Source: a bacterium | GTDB taxonomy: Bacteria > SZUA-182 > DTGQ01 > JAFGSM01 | Direction: 5' to 3' | Assembly: GCA_049472315.1 (NCBI GenBank) | Contig: JBLIRN010000068.1 | Coordinates: forward strand, 1 to 14,416 | Length of the DNA: 14,416 nt | Part shown: positions 1-8,661 of the stretch, in pieces | How positions within the stretch are numbered: the first letter of the stretch is position 1 | How the letters are laid out: every line of letters starts with the position of its first letter | Notes under the pieces: model-generated | The model's input: the letters and a program-made list of their open reading frames with translations, nothing else | Database searches by the model: none | What the model was told of the DNA's origin: nothing | Program-made: the position numbers and the translations under genes

Positions 1-1240
1 GGGGCACGCTCCCGTAGCGCCTGAGGTCCAGATACCATTTGAAGGCATCCATGGGAAGGCCGTGGTGTTCGATCCGTTCCTCCAGGATGCGCAGGTCCTC
101 CTCACGCTGCCCGCCGCCGATTACCTCACCGTATCCCTCGGGTGCCAGCACGTCCACGCACAGGGCGAGCCCCGGCTGCTGCGGGTCCTCTTTCATGTAG
201 AAGGCCTTGCATTGAGCGGGATAGCGGTGGATAAGGAGGGGTTTTTCGAACATCCCGGAGATGATGGTCTCGTCGTCGCCTCCCAGATCATTCCCCCATT
301 CCGGGGAATGCCCGGATTCCTTGAGCAGTGCGATTGCCTCGGTATAGCTCAGCCGGGGAAAGGGAGGGGTGATTTTGGTCAACGGTTCGATGTCCCTCTC
401 CAGGATCTCCAGGTCGCTTCGCCTGTTGGCGAGCACCTGATCCACGATCGTGCAGATGAACGCCTCTGCCAGGTTGCAGATCTCCTCCAGGTCCGCATAG
501 GCTACCTCCGGCTCGATCATCCAGAATTCGGTGAGGTGCCTCCTGGTCTTCGACTTTTCCGCCCTGAAGGTGGGGCCGAAGCAGTATACCTTGCCGAAGG
601 CCATGGCCCCCGCCTCCATGTAAAGCTGGCCGCTCTGGGTGAGGTATGCCGTATCCCCGAAGTAGTCCGTGGCAAAGAGGGTGGTCGTCCCTTCACACGC
701 GGAGGGGGTGAAGATGGGTGCGTCGAGAAGGGTGAAATCGCGTTCGTCGAAGAATCTCCTGCACGCCTTGATGATCTCGTGACGTATGCGCATGATGGCA
801 TGCTGGCGGCTCGACCGCAGCCAGAGGTGACGATGCTCCATCAGGAATCCCACACCGTGCTCCTTGGGGGAAATGGGGAAATCCTCCACGAACTGGTGTA
901 CCTCCAGCCCGGTTACGCCCAATTCGAAACCGAGGGGGGAACGTTTGTCCCTTCTCACCTGGCCGGTCACGGTAAGGGAGGATTCCTGACCAGCCCTGTC
1001 GGCGAGCTCGAACACGCCTTCAGGCACCTCGGGCTTGAACACCACGCACTGGATGGTCCCTGTGCCGTCCCGTACCTGGAGAAAGATGAGCTTCCCGCTG
1101 CTGCGCTTATTGTAGAGCCATCCCCTGAGGGTTACGGATTTTCCTTCATAGCGTGCGATCTGCTGGATATATGTGCACGGCGGTGTGGGGCATGAAGAAG
1201 GTTCTTTCTTCTCGTTGCATGGTTTCCGTTCATCGTCCAT
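1..1240 (-). CDS. asnS: Asparagine--tRNA ligase (3' end truncated by window edge)
   Basis: Manual minus-strand translation from ATG 1240 (GGAGGAG RBS at 1247-1253): [61 protein letters not shown]...HRHLWLRS...[11 protein letters not shown]...YLTQSGQLY...[25 protein letters not shown]...[15 protein letters not shown]...[12 protein letters not shown]. This is an OB-fold plus class IIb motifs typical of AsnRS, open to base 1. Confidence 0.96.
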   Translation of the reverse strand, partial: MDDERKPCNEKKEPSSCPTPPCTYIQQIARYEGKSVTLRGWLYNKRSSGKLIFLQVRDGTGTIQCVVFKPEVPEGVFELADRAGQESSLTVTGQVRRDKRSPLGFELGVTGLEVHQFVEDFPISPKEHGVGFLMEHRHLWLRSSRQHAIMRIRHEIIKACRRFFDERDFTLLDAPIFTPSACEGTTTLFATDYFGDTAYLTQSGQLYMEAGAMAFGKVYCFGPTFRAEKSKTRRHLTEFWMIEPEVAYADLEEICNLAEAFICTIVDQVLANRRSDLEILERDIEPLTKITPPFPRLSYTEAIALLKESGHSPEWGNDLGGDDETIISGMFEKPLLIHRYPAQCKAFYMKEDPQQPGLALCVDVLAPEGYGEVIGGGQREEDLRILEERIEHHGLPMDAFKWYLDLRRYGSVP

Positions 1241-1421
1241 GACAGGCTCCTCCGTTTAGGTAGCATGATTGCGGATACTCACATGAAACATGCGCTGGTC
1301 AGCTCCGCCTCCATTGTATCAACTCGTTCCGGCGCTATCAACTTTACGCGGGATTCCATGGACCCGTATCGGTCAGTGCCCTGAAGGCTTGCTATGACCT
1401 ATCCGGATGGCGTATTCAAGG

Positions 1422-1450
1422 TTGACTTACCATCGCCATAGGTGTAAATT
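1422..1450 (+). promoter_or_regulatory. Putative sigma70 promoter upstream of the response-regulator gene
   Basis: TTGACT (1422-1427), 17-bp spacer, TAAATT (1445-1450) in the divergent intergenic region. Confidence 0.5.
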
Positions 1451-1762
1451 TATTCAATAGAATGCAGTTTTTTTTATATGACGGTGCATCATTGGTCGTG
1501 CTCTCCTTGAAGGGTATCCAACACAACACGATACTGCAGGGGACCGAATCGCTCTATGCCGCCGAGCTTGCCGTTATGTCCGCAGAGAGGGTCCTCATAA
1601 CGCCCCCCGCAGGCATGTTTCCATTGAACAGCGTGTAACGCTTGATGCGGTCATAGGGCTTATGCGATCGATTGCCGCATGCGCTTCGGGTGTAAATCGG
1701 GTGTGGATGTGGTATTCGATATAAGGGGAGCGACAAGGGAGCCGGTAGTGGAGGAACAGTGC

Positions 1763-2488
1763 ATGATGCCTCTGAAGACTGATCTCGAGAGAAAAAACAG
1801 GACAATCATGGTGGTGGACGACAACCGGGACATGCTCCACCTGTTTACCAAGATCCTGGCGTCACATGGATACAGCGTGATTGCCGCGGAGAGCGGCAAC
1901 GAGGCACTCGGTATGGCCTACAAAAATCCCCCTGACCTCATCCTGCTTGACCTTGCCATGCCCAGAATGGATGGCTATGCCGTATGCAGGAAATTAAAGG
2001 AATCGAATAAGACCGGCATGATTCCCGTGATCATGGTGACATGCAGGAGCACCATGAAGGACAAGATCCAGGGTCTGGAGACCGGTGCGGACGACTATAT
2101 TACCAAGCCGATACACTATGTCGAGCTGCTGGCCAGGGTCGAATCGCTCATGAAGATCAAGGAACTCCATGAAAGGCTCATCGAGACCCAGAAATTGGAG
2201 ATGCTTGCCCAGATAGCGGTCAGCGTCAACCATGAGATCAATAACCCCCTGTGCGCGATCACCGCGAATGCGGAGATGCTCCGCATGACCCTGGAAGACC
2301 CCGATGAGGCGGTCGTCCAGAAGATCACCACCATCCTCAAGGAGGTGGAGCGCATCAAGCAGGTGGTCAATAAGCTCTCCCGTGCCACCAAGGTGATCAG
2401 CATGGACTACATTTCGGGCATCAAGATGCTCGACCTGGACAAGTCCGCCGAGGGCATCGCGAAATCCAAAAAGGAGAATGTATATTGA
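1763..2488 (+). CDS. Response regulator receiver domain fused to a HisKA/DHp domain, with no HATPase domain
   Basis: REC motifs IMVVDD, DLILLDLAMPRMDG, IMVT and GADDYITKP, followed by H-box AVSVNHEINNPLCAI; the stop comes ~65 aa after the His. Start placed at ATG 1763 (GGAGGA RBS at 1750-1755) rather than 1679. Confidence 0.9.
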   Translation: MMPLKTDLERKNRTIMVVDDNRDMLHLFTKILASHGYSVIAAESGNEALGMAYKNPPDLILLDLAMPRMDGYAVCRKLKESNKTGMIPVIMVTCRSTMKDKIQGLETGADDYITKPIHYVELLARVESLMKIKELHERLIETQKLEMLAQIAVSVNHEINNPLCAITANAEMLRMTLEDPDEAVVQKITTILKEVERIKQVVNKLSRATKVISMDYISGIKMLDLDKSAEGIAKSKKENVY

Positions 2489-2520
2489 CAAGGGGGGGAA
2501 TTTTTACTATTATGTATAAT
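2485..2520 (+). promoter_or_regulatory. Putative sigma70 promoter for the ffh operon
   Basis: TTGACA (2485-2490, overlapping the upstream TGA stop), 17-bp spacer, TATTAT (2508-2513). A TATAAT also lies at 2515-2520, followed by an AT-rich tract. Confidence 0.65.
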
Positions 2521-2754
2521 TTGATTGTTAGGGCTAATTAATTCTTTTTTTAAATATATTGAATATTACGTCCCGAAATATATACTACCTAATAACTGCT
2601 TACCTCCCTGTGGGAAATAGGGTACCATCCTTCCCGCGTGATATTGAGCATTGCACTACCGGGAATACGGCAGGCGGATCGGGACGCGCCAAACAGTGCC
2701 TGCCGGAAATGAAGCGGCACACGAGCACAGGGACATAGGGAACACGCAACAGGG

Positions 2755-4104
2755 ATGTTTGACGCACTCTCAGGCAGGCTCCAGGAGATCTTAAGGAAGC
2801 TCCGGGGACAGGGTAAGCTCACCGAGAGCAATATCGGCGACGCACTCAGGGAGGTCCGCCTCGCCCTCCTGGAGGCCGATGTGAACTATCGGGTGGTGAA
2901 GGCCCTCATCGAGAGGATCAGGGAGAAGGCGGTCGGCGAGCAGGTGCTCAAGAGCCTCACCCCGGGTCAGCAGGTGATCAAGATCGTCCATCAGGAGCTG
3001 ACCGCGTTGATGGGTGGTCATCAAAGCAGCCTCACCATGCCCCCCAATCCGCCCATGGTCATCATGATGGTGGGTCTGAACGGATCGGGCAAGACGACCA
3101 CTGCAGGGAAGCTTGCCCGGATGTTCAAGAAGGAGGGGCATACCCCCCTTCTGGTCGCCGCCGATGTGCAGAGGCCGGCTGCGCGGGAGCAACTGAAGTT
3201 CCTGTGTGACACCCTGTCCGTGGATTGTTTTGTGGACCAGGAGGCCACGAGCGCGGAGAAGGTGTGCAGGGAGGCGTACCGGCACTCCTCTGATAAAGGA
3301 TTCACCCCGGTGATCATCGATACCGCGGGACGCCTTCATGTGGACGACGAGCTCATGGATGAGCTGGTGAGGATCAAGAAGACCGTGCTGCCCCATGAGG
3401 TCATCCTGGTGGCGGATGCCATGACCGGCCAGGATGCGGTGACCATGGCCCAGGAGTTCGACCAGAGGGTTGGGGTCGACAGCGTGATCCTCACCAAGAT
3501 GGACGGCGATGCCCGGGGCGGTGCGGCCCTTTCCATACGCGAGGTCACCGGAAAACCCATCACCTTTATAGGAACCGGGGAAAAGCTGGATCTGTTGGAG
3601 CCCTTTTTCCCCGACCGGATGGCCTCCCGGATACTGGGTATGGGCGACGTACTCACCCTCATCGACAAGGCACAGGAGGCATACTCCCAGGAGGAGGCCC
3701 TGGCCCTGGAGGAGAAGCTCCAACGGGACGCATACTCGCTCGAGGATTTCCGGCAGCAGCTCAGGCAGATCAAGTCGATGGGGCCGTTGGATCAGCTCAT
3801 CAAGATGATCCCGGGTGCAAAGAAGATGGGATTAGAGGGAATGGACATGGACGAATCCAAGTTTGTTCACTTGGAGGCGATCATCGACTCAATGACCCCG
3901 CACGAGAGGCGGAATTACCAGATTATCAATGCCAGCAGGAAGAGGAGAATAGCAATGGGGAGTGGAACCTCCGTTCAGGAGGTGAGCCGTCTCCTCAACC
4001 AGTTCCATCTGATGAGGAAGAACATCAAGAGGATGAAGAGGATGGGACTCGGATGGGGAGGAGGAGTTATGGGTAAAGGTATGCACATGTTTAAAAGGAG
4101 GTGA
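2755..4104 (+). CDS. ffh: Signal recognition particle protein Ffh (SRP54)
   Basis: ALLEADVN N-domain; GLNGSGKTTT P-loop; DTAGR, TKMDGDARGG and GTGEK GTPase motifs; Met-rich M domain (IIDSMT, SRKRRIAMGSG). Confidence 0.98.
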   Translation: MFDALSGRLQEILRKLRGQGKLTESNIGDALREVRLALLEADVNYRVVKALIERIREKAVGEQVLKSLTPGQQVIKIVHQELTALMGGHQSSLTMPPNPPMVIMMVGLNGSGKTTTAGKLARMFKKEGHTPLLVAADVQRPAAREQLKFLCDTLSVDCFVDQEATSAEKVCREAYRHSSDKGFTPVIIDTAGRLHVDDELMDELVRIKKTVLPHEVILVADAMTGQDAVTMAQEFDQRVGVDSVILTKMDGDARGGAALSIREVTGKPITFIGTGEKLDLLEPFFPDRMASRILGMGDVLTLIDKAQEAYSQEEALALEEKLQRDAYSLEDFRQQLRQIKSMGPLDQLIKMIPGAKKMGLEGMDMDESKFVHLEAIIDSMTPHERRNYQIINASRKRRIAMGSGTSVQEVSRLLNQFHLMRKNIKRMKRMGLGWGGGVMGKGMHMFKRR

Positions 4105-4111
4105 GAACTGT

Positions 4112-4369
4112 TTGCCTGTCAGAATGAGATTGACCCGTTTGGGTACCAACAAGAGACCGTTTTATCGGATTATTGTGGTTAAGTCCGAAGGGAAGAGGGA
4201 CGGTAAGTACATTGAACAGGTTGGCTATTATGACCCGCTCAAGGATCCTGCCGAGATAAAGGTGGACCTGGAAAAGGCGAAATCGTGGCTTGACAAGGGA
4301 GTCATCCCATCGGAAACGGTGAGGAATCTTCTTCAAAAAGCCGGATTGGCGGTCTCTGCATCCCAGTGA
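4112..4369 (+). CDS. rpsP: 30S ribosomal protein S16
   Basis: VRMRLTRLGTNKRPFYRIIV...RDGKYIEQVGYYDP; TTG start with an AGGAGG RBS overlapping the end of ffh; canonical position after ffh. Confidence 0.97.
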   Translation: MPVRMRLTRLGTNKRPFYRIIVVKSEGKRDGKYIEQVGYYDPLKDPAEIKVDLEKAKSWLDKGVIPSETVRNLLQKAGLAVSASQ

Positions 4370-4438
4370 TGTCGACCAGGTTGAAAATTCCGATTCCTTC
4401 TATGCGTATTCATTAACCAGTTAGGAGGAGTGGTGGGT

Positions 4439-4669
4439 ATGAGAGAATTAATTGAACTCATTGCAAAGGCACTTGTGGATTATCCCGATGAGGTTGTGGT
4501 GACCGAGGTTGATGGGGAACGGACCACTGTGTTGGAATTGCGGGTAGCCAAATCAGATTTGGGAAAGGTGATCGGCAAACAAGGACAAACAGCACGGGCC
4601 ATGCGAACCATCCTGAGCGCTGCCGCAACGAAGATAGGGAAGAGGGCGGTCCTGGAGATCCTCGAATAG
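4439..4669 (+). CDS. khpA: KH-domain RNA-binding protein KhpA (UPF0109/YlqC family)
   Basis: [19 protein letters not shown]...[20 protein letters not shown] (KH GxxG). AGGAGGAG at 4423-4430 favours ATG 4439; canonical position between rpsP and rimM. Confidence 0.93.
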   Translation: MRELIELIAKALVDYPDEVVVTEVDGERTTVLELRVAKSDLGKVIGKQGQTARAMRTILSAAATKIGKRAVLEILE

Positions 4670-4841
4670 GAGCCCTTTTTATTTCAGCAGCGCAGGATAT
4701 CCCCGGAGAATACTCGCGGTGTCGGAATGGACTGAGATGCCCTGGGAGGGGTTTATTGATAAGGATATCCCTGTCAATTGCACCGAATGAGACGACGAGG
4801 GTGTGCGCCATATGAATGCATGAGGGTATGGACCGGATGAC

Positions 4842-5357
4842 GTGATGCGGGAGGCTGCGGAGCTTATAGCCATCGGGCGCGTGGTGAGACCTCACGGGAT
4901 CGACGGAACACTGAAGGTCGTTCCCGTAACCGATTTCCCTCAGCATTTTGAGTGCCTCGAGGAGGTGTTTCTGGTCAAGGATCGTACCGCACGGGCCACC
5001 GTGCGGGAGGCGCGGTTTCACCAGGGTTGTGTCCTTCTCAAGGTGGACCTCTGCTGCAATCGCAGTGATGCGGAGTCATGGATAGGGGCCGAGGTGGCAA
5101 TCAGGGAAAGGGACCTGTGGCCCCTTGAGGAGGGGGAATACTATCAGTTTCAGATTGAAGGCCTGGCTGTCTTCACCGAGGAAGGGGAATTTCTGGGCAG
5201 GGTGAGCGGCATCATACAGACCGGAAGCAACGATGTCTATGTGGTACGAGAGGGAACAAGGGAATACCTCATTCCGGCGATACGACAGGTCATACGGTCC
5301 ATAGACCTGAAAAAGGGGAGGATCATTGTCCACCTCCTGGATGGTCTGGTTGACTGA
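4842..5357 (+). CDS. rimM: Ribosome maturation factor RimM
   Basis: IGRVVRPHGIDGTLKV N-terminus; EGEYY, GSNDVYVV and LIPA motifs of the PRC barrel; synteny. Start may be GTG 4842 or ATG 4845. Confidence 0.95.
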   Translation: MMREAAELIAIGRVVRPHGIDGTLKVVPVTDFPQHFECLEEVFLVKDRTARATVREARFHQGCVLLKVDLCCNRSDAESWIGAEVAIRERDLWPLEEGEYYQFQIEGLAVFTEEGEFLGRVSGIIQTGSNDVYVVREGTREYLIPAIRQVIRSIDLKKGRIIVHLLDGLVD

Positions 5358-5360
5358 GCC

Positions 5361-6134
5361 ATGAGATTCGATATCGTGACGATTTTCCCCGATCTGTTCC
5401 CCTCTTTTTTATCCTACGGGATCATGAAGAGGGCGCGGGAGAAGGGGCTGGTCAGCGTCCAGGTCCATGACCTGCGGGAATACACCACGGACCGTCACCG
5501 GAGCGTCGACGACGTACCCTACGGGGGCGGCGCCGGGATGGTTATGAAGGTGGAGCCGATTCACCGGGCGATAACCGCTATCTGCCGTAACGTGACCTCT
5601 GTGAAACGGGTCCTCCTTTCCCCCCAGGGAAGGGTGCTCGATCAGTGCCTGGCGCACTGCCTGGCCTCCGAAGACGCCATATTGCTTCTGTGCGGCAGGT
5701 ACGAGGGCGTCGATGAACGGGTGAGGGAGCACCTGGTGGACGAGGAGATATCCATCGGGGATTACGTGCTGATGGGAGGGGAGATACCGGCAATGGTGCT
5801 CATGGAGGCGGTGGTCAGGCTTATTCCTGATGTCCTGGGGAGCAGGGAGTCGCTGAACGAGGAATCCTTCAGCCGCAGATTGCTGGAGTATCCGCACTAT
5901 ACGAGGCCGGCGAACTATCAGGGCTGGAAGGTGCCCGAGACACTCCTGTCCGGCAACCATGAGCATATCCGCGAATGGCGATGGAGACAGTCCCTGGTGA
6001 AAACGGCCCGGGGAAGGCCCGATCTTATCGACTGGAACGGTCTTTCGCCCCGTGAACGTGAGTGGCTGGTCAATGAAGGGGTGTGTATTCCGGAGCCGCC
6101 GTTGGAGGGCAAAACAGGAGGAGGTTGTGATTGA
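5361..6134 (+). CDS. trmD: tRNA (guanine37-N1)-methyltransferase TrmD
   Basis: VDDVPYGGGAGMVMK, LSPQG, CGRYEGVDERV, SIGDYVLMGGE, LEYPHYTRP and LLSGNH motifs. Confidence 0.98.
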   Translation: MRFDIVTIFPDLFPSFLSYGIMKRAREKGLVSVQVHDLREYTTDRHRSVDDVPYGGGAGMVMKVEPIHRAITAICRNVTSVKRVLLSPQGRVLDQCLAHCLASEDAILLLCGRYEGVDERVREHLVDEEISIGDYVLMGGEIPAMVLMEAVVRLIPDVLGSRESLNEESFSRRLLEYPHYTRPANYQGWKVPETLLSGNHEHIREWRWRQSLVKTARGRPDLIDWNGLSPREREWLVNEGVCIPEPPLEGKTGGGCD

Positions 6135-6703
6135 GGGTATACTGCGGCCTGATTCACTACCCTGTTTACAACAAGAACAAGGAGGTTATTGCAACATCCA
6201 TAACCACGTCGAACATCCATGACATTGCCAGGACCTCGAAGACCTTCGGCCTGAAGGCCTTCTTTTTTATAACCCCGGTCTCCAGGCAGCAGGCACTGAT
6301 CCGGACCATCATCCGTCACTGGAAGAGCGGGTACGGCGCCACCTATAATCCGACCCGGGGCGTTGCCCTGGACGTTATCCGGATATGCTCGTCGTTTGAT
6401 GAATGCCTGAAGGGAATAGAGGAGGAGGAAGGGGCGCGGCCGCACATCGTGGTAACCTGTGCGCGACCCGCCTCGGAGGTGACCGGATTCGAACATCTCA
6501 GGCAGAGGATGTCCGGCGGCCCGGATGCCTGGCTGATCCTTTTCGGGACCGGCTGGGGATTGACCCGTGAGGTGCTCGACATGGCGGATGTGATCGTCGA
6601 GCCCATCCGCGGGCCGGGTGATTACAACCACCTGTCTGTGCGGGCCGCCGTGGCCATCACCCTTGACCGGCTCCTGGGGGACCGTGTGGCATCGATGGGG
6701 TAG
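6131..6703 (+). CDS. SPOUT-family SAM-dependent RNA methyltransferase (DUF2168/Tm1570-like)
   Basis: LIHYPVYNK...[19 protein letters not shown]...[14 protein letters not shown]...LFGTGWGL...[23 protein letters not shown] are signature motifs of this family, often found next to trmD. TTG start overlaps the trmD stop (TTGA), with a GGAGG RBS just upstream. Confidence 0.88.
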   Translation: MRVYCGLIHYPVYNKNKEVIATSITTSNIHDIARTSKTFGLKAFFFITPVSRQQALIRTIIRHWKSGYGATYNPTRGVALDVIRICSSFDECLKGIEEEEGARPHIVVTCARPASEVTGFEHLRQRMSGGPDAWLILFGTGWGLTREVLDMADVIVEPIRGPGDYNHLSVRAAVAITLDRLLGDRVASMG

Positions 6704-6830
6704 GGGGATATCGGAGGATTGTAATTGCACAAATTTTGCGGGAAGTAAGACACGAGGTATTGCTAAGTTGCAGCAGGATATAAAACAAGCACAACCAATG
6801 AATGACCTTAATGCAGGGAGGAGTTCAGCC

Positions 6831-7187
6831 ATGGACTTATTGGATGCAGTTGAACACGATCAGATGAAGACGGAGATCCCCGATTTCAAGCCCGGAGATA
6901 CCGTAAAGGTTCACGTGAAGCTGATTGAAGGTGAAAGGCGAAGGATCCAGGTGTTTGAAGGCGTGGTGATCAGCCTGCGCAAGGGGAAGGCGCGGAGTAC
7001 ATTCACCGTCAGGAAGATATCCTATGGGGTCGGCGTGGAGAGGATTTTCCCCCTTCACTCAAAGAATATCGAAAAGATCGAGGTCGTCCGGCGTGGACGG
7101 GTGCGCAGGGCAAAGCTCTTCTACCTCAGGGGCCGGGTGGGCAAAAAGGCGCGGATCAAGGAATTGAGCAGAACAACCAAAGAGTGA
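6831..7187 (+). CDS. rplS: 50S ribosomal protein L19
   Basis: [12 protein letters not shown]...[10 protein letters not shown]...[21 protein letters not shown]...[12 protein letters not shown]. The true start is ATG 6831 after a GGAGGAG RBS; the ORF-track start at 6618 is over-extended. Confidence 0.97.
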   Translation: MDLLDAVEHDQMKTEIPDFKPGDTVKVHVKLIEGERRRIQVFEGVVISLRKGKARSTFTVRKISYGVGVERIFPLHSKNIEKIEVVRRGRVRRAKLFYLRGRVGKKARIKELSRTTKE

Positions 7188-7229
7188 TGCAGTATACCCG
7201 CAACCATCATGTGAAAGGGTGCATACTCG

Positions 7230-7874
7230 ATGGATATTCCCACAGTGTCAAAACGTTTGTTTGCATTCGAAAGAAGTCTGGTTACCCCCGGAACAGGATT
7301 GATTGCCGGCATCGATGAGGCGGGCCGTGGTCCTCTCGCCGGGCCCGTGGTGGCCGCTGCAGTGATACTCCCTTTGAATAGCCCGATCGAAGGGGTGTTT
7401 GATTCCAAGGCCCTTACCCCCCTCGAGCGGGAACGGATCTTTGTGGAGATCGTTAAGCAGGCCCTCGATGTCGGAATAGGCATTGCGGACCGGGAGTACA
7501 TCGACCGGGAGAACATCCTCCAGGCAACGATTCTTGCCATGCGCCAGGCCCTGGAGAGACTACTGGTTCGGCCTGAATACATCCTCATCGACGCCCTGAC
7601 CATTCCCGGTCTCGACGACATTCCCCAACGGGGCATTGTCAAGGGGGACCAGCGGTGCTATTCCATCGCAGCGGCCTCGATAGTGGCCAAGGTCCTGCGG
7701 GATCGAATGATGCACCGATATCACCACAGATACCCTGCCTATAACTTTGCCAGCAACAAGGGCTACGGGACTAGGGAGCACATCGAGACCCTCGTCAGGA
7801 TAGGCCCATGCCCACTTCATCGCCGCACGTTCAGGAAGGTGAAGGAACTGTGCCGGGAAACAACGCCTCATTAG
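7230..7874 (+). CDS. rnhB: Ribonuclease HII
   Basis: GIDEAGRGPLAGPVVAAAV, DSKAL, KGD...SIAAASIVAKV.RD, NKGYGT..H and HRRTF motifs. Confidence 0.97.
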   Translation: MDIPTVSKRLFAFERSLVTPGTGLIAGIDEAGRGPLAGPVVAAAVILPLNSPIEGVFDSKALTPLERERIFVEIVKQALDVGIGIADREYIDRENILQATILAMRQALERLLVRPEYILIDALTIPGLDDIPQRGIVKGDQRCYSIAAASIVAKVLRDRMMHRYHHRYPAYNFASNKGYGTREHIETLVRIGPCPLHRRTFRKVKELCRETTPH

Positions 7875-8224
7875 GAAAGAAAGGGGAGCAACTGGCTCTG
7901 GACCATTTGATCGCCTTGGGATACACCATTGAGGCCAGGAACTACCGGTGTCCCTTCGGGGAAGTCGACATTATTGCCCGGGATAAGGAAATTTTGGTCT
8001 TTATCGAGGTCAAAACCCGGGTCAGCGGACGTTTCGGGTCACCTCAGGAGGCCGTCGACCTTCGCAAACAGCAGCGCCTCTCCCGCATCGCTTTGCACTA
8101 TTTGGCCTGTACACATACAAGGGAGAATCAGGAGACCTGCCGCTTTGACGTGGTCAGTGTGATACAGACCCACGGTGAGGAATGGTCCATTAATGTGATA
8201 AAGGACGCCTTTTCCCTCCTTTGA
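7850..8224 (+). CDS. yraN: YraN/UPF0102 family putative endonuclease
   Basis: LGKKGEQLA...GY.I.ARNYRC.FGEVDIIA...LVFIEVKTR...EAVD.RKQ...RFDVV. Likely GTG start at 7850 overlapping the end of rnhB (ORF open from 7808). Confidence 0.92.
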   Translation: MPGNNASLGKKGEQLALDHLIALGYTIEARNYRCPFGEVDIIARDKEILVFIEVKTRVSGRFGSPQEAVDLRKQQRLSRIALHYLACTHTRENQETCRFDVVSVIQTHGEEWSINVIKDAFSLL

Positions 8225-8395
8225 AAACCGCTTTTTTCGGAAGGCCACAGAGACGATAGGAAATTTGTTTCCGTTTTCATGGAAAGGCATTCAGCGCATC
8301 GAATATGCATTTTCCTTCACTATCCTTCCTTGGAAAAGACACGTTTTTGCTGTATTAACGGCTATTTCGCGGGAGGGAAGGCGTATGACGATAAT

Positions 8396-8424
8396 TTGAC
8401 AACATATTTGCAATTCAATAGAAT
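8396..8424 (+). promoter_or_regulatory. Near-consensus sigma70 promoter for the surface-protein locus
   Basis: TTGACA (8396-8401), 17-bp spacer, TAGAAT (8419-8424). Confidence 0.72.
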
Positions 8425-8661
8425 GGACGTAATTTTTTTGCTGAAAAAACAAAATCATTCCAATGCCTATGCCTTTGCGGCCCGTGCATCGGCTTGATCC
8501 CGTAAGGCCCCTCCTGAGGTGTCATCCCTGCTAGTCAAGGGGCCGGCAGGAATATTTCTTGCATCGGTTTCTCAGGAATACTTCGGGAGGAGAAGGCAAG
8601 GCAGGATGCTTGGATTATTCAAAGTTGTCCTGATTTAACTCAAGAAGAGGAGAGAGGATCA

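Noticed and set aside
62..1195. 377-aa plus-strand ORF
   Set aside because: Antisense shadow of asnS with no recognisable motifs; long antisense frames are common in GC-rich genes.
1..1240. Functional link between asnS and the Asn-motif-rich surface proteins
   Set aside because: They are separated by a housekeeping operon and oppositely oriented; proximity is probably coincidental.
2589..2754. Possible SRP RNA (ffs) gene upstream of ffh
   Set aside because: The conserved helix-8 motif (CAGG...GNRA tetraloop...AGCAG) was not found.
2791..3723. 310-aa minus-strand ORF, and similar ones at 1994-2491, 4458-5021, 5409-5966, 5918-6832, 7121-7642 and 9469-10167
   Set aside because: All lie antisense to well-supported genes and lack protein-family motifs.
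8225..8340. Intrinsic terminator after yraN
   Set aside because: Only weak short inverted repeats; no strong GC stem followed by a U-tract.
8279..8497. 72-aa ORF between yraN and the surface-protein gene
   Set aside because: AT-rich, no RBS, overlaps the predicted promoter, no motifs.
8547..8564. Sigma54-like GG-N10-GC element (caGGaatatttcttGCat)
   Set aside because: The -12 TTGCA matches but the -24 region departs from TGGCAC, and a good sigma70 promoter already lies upstream.
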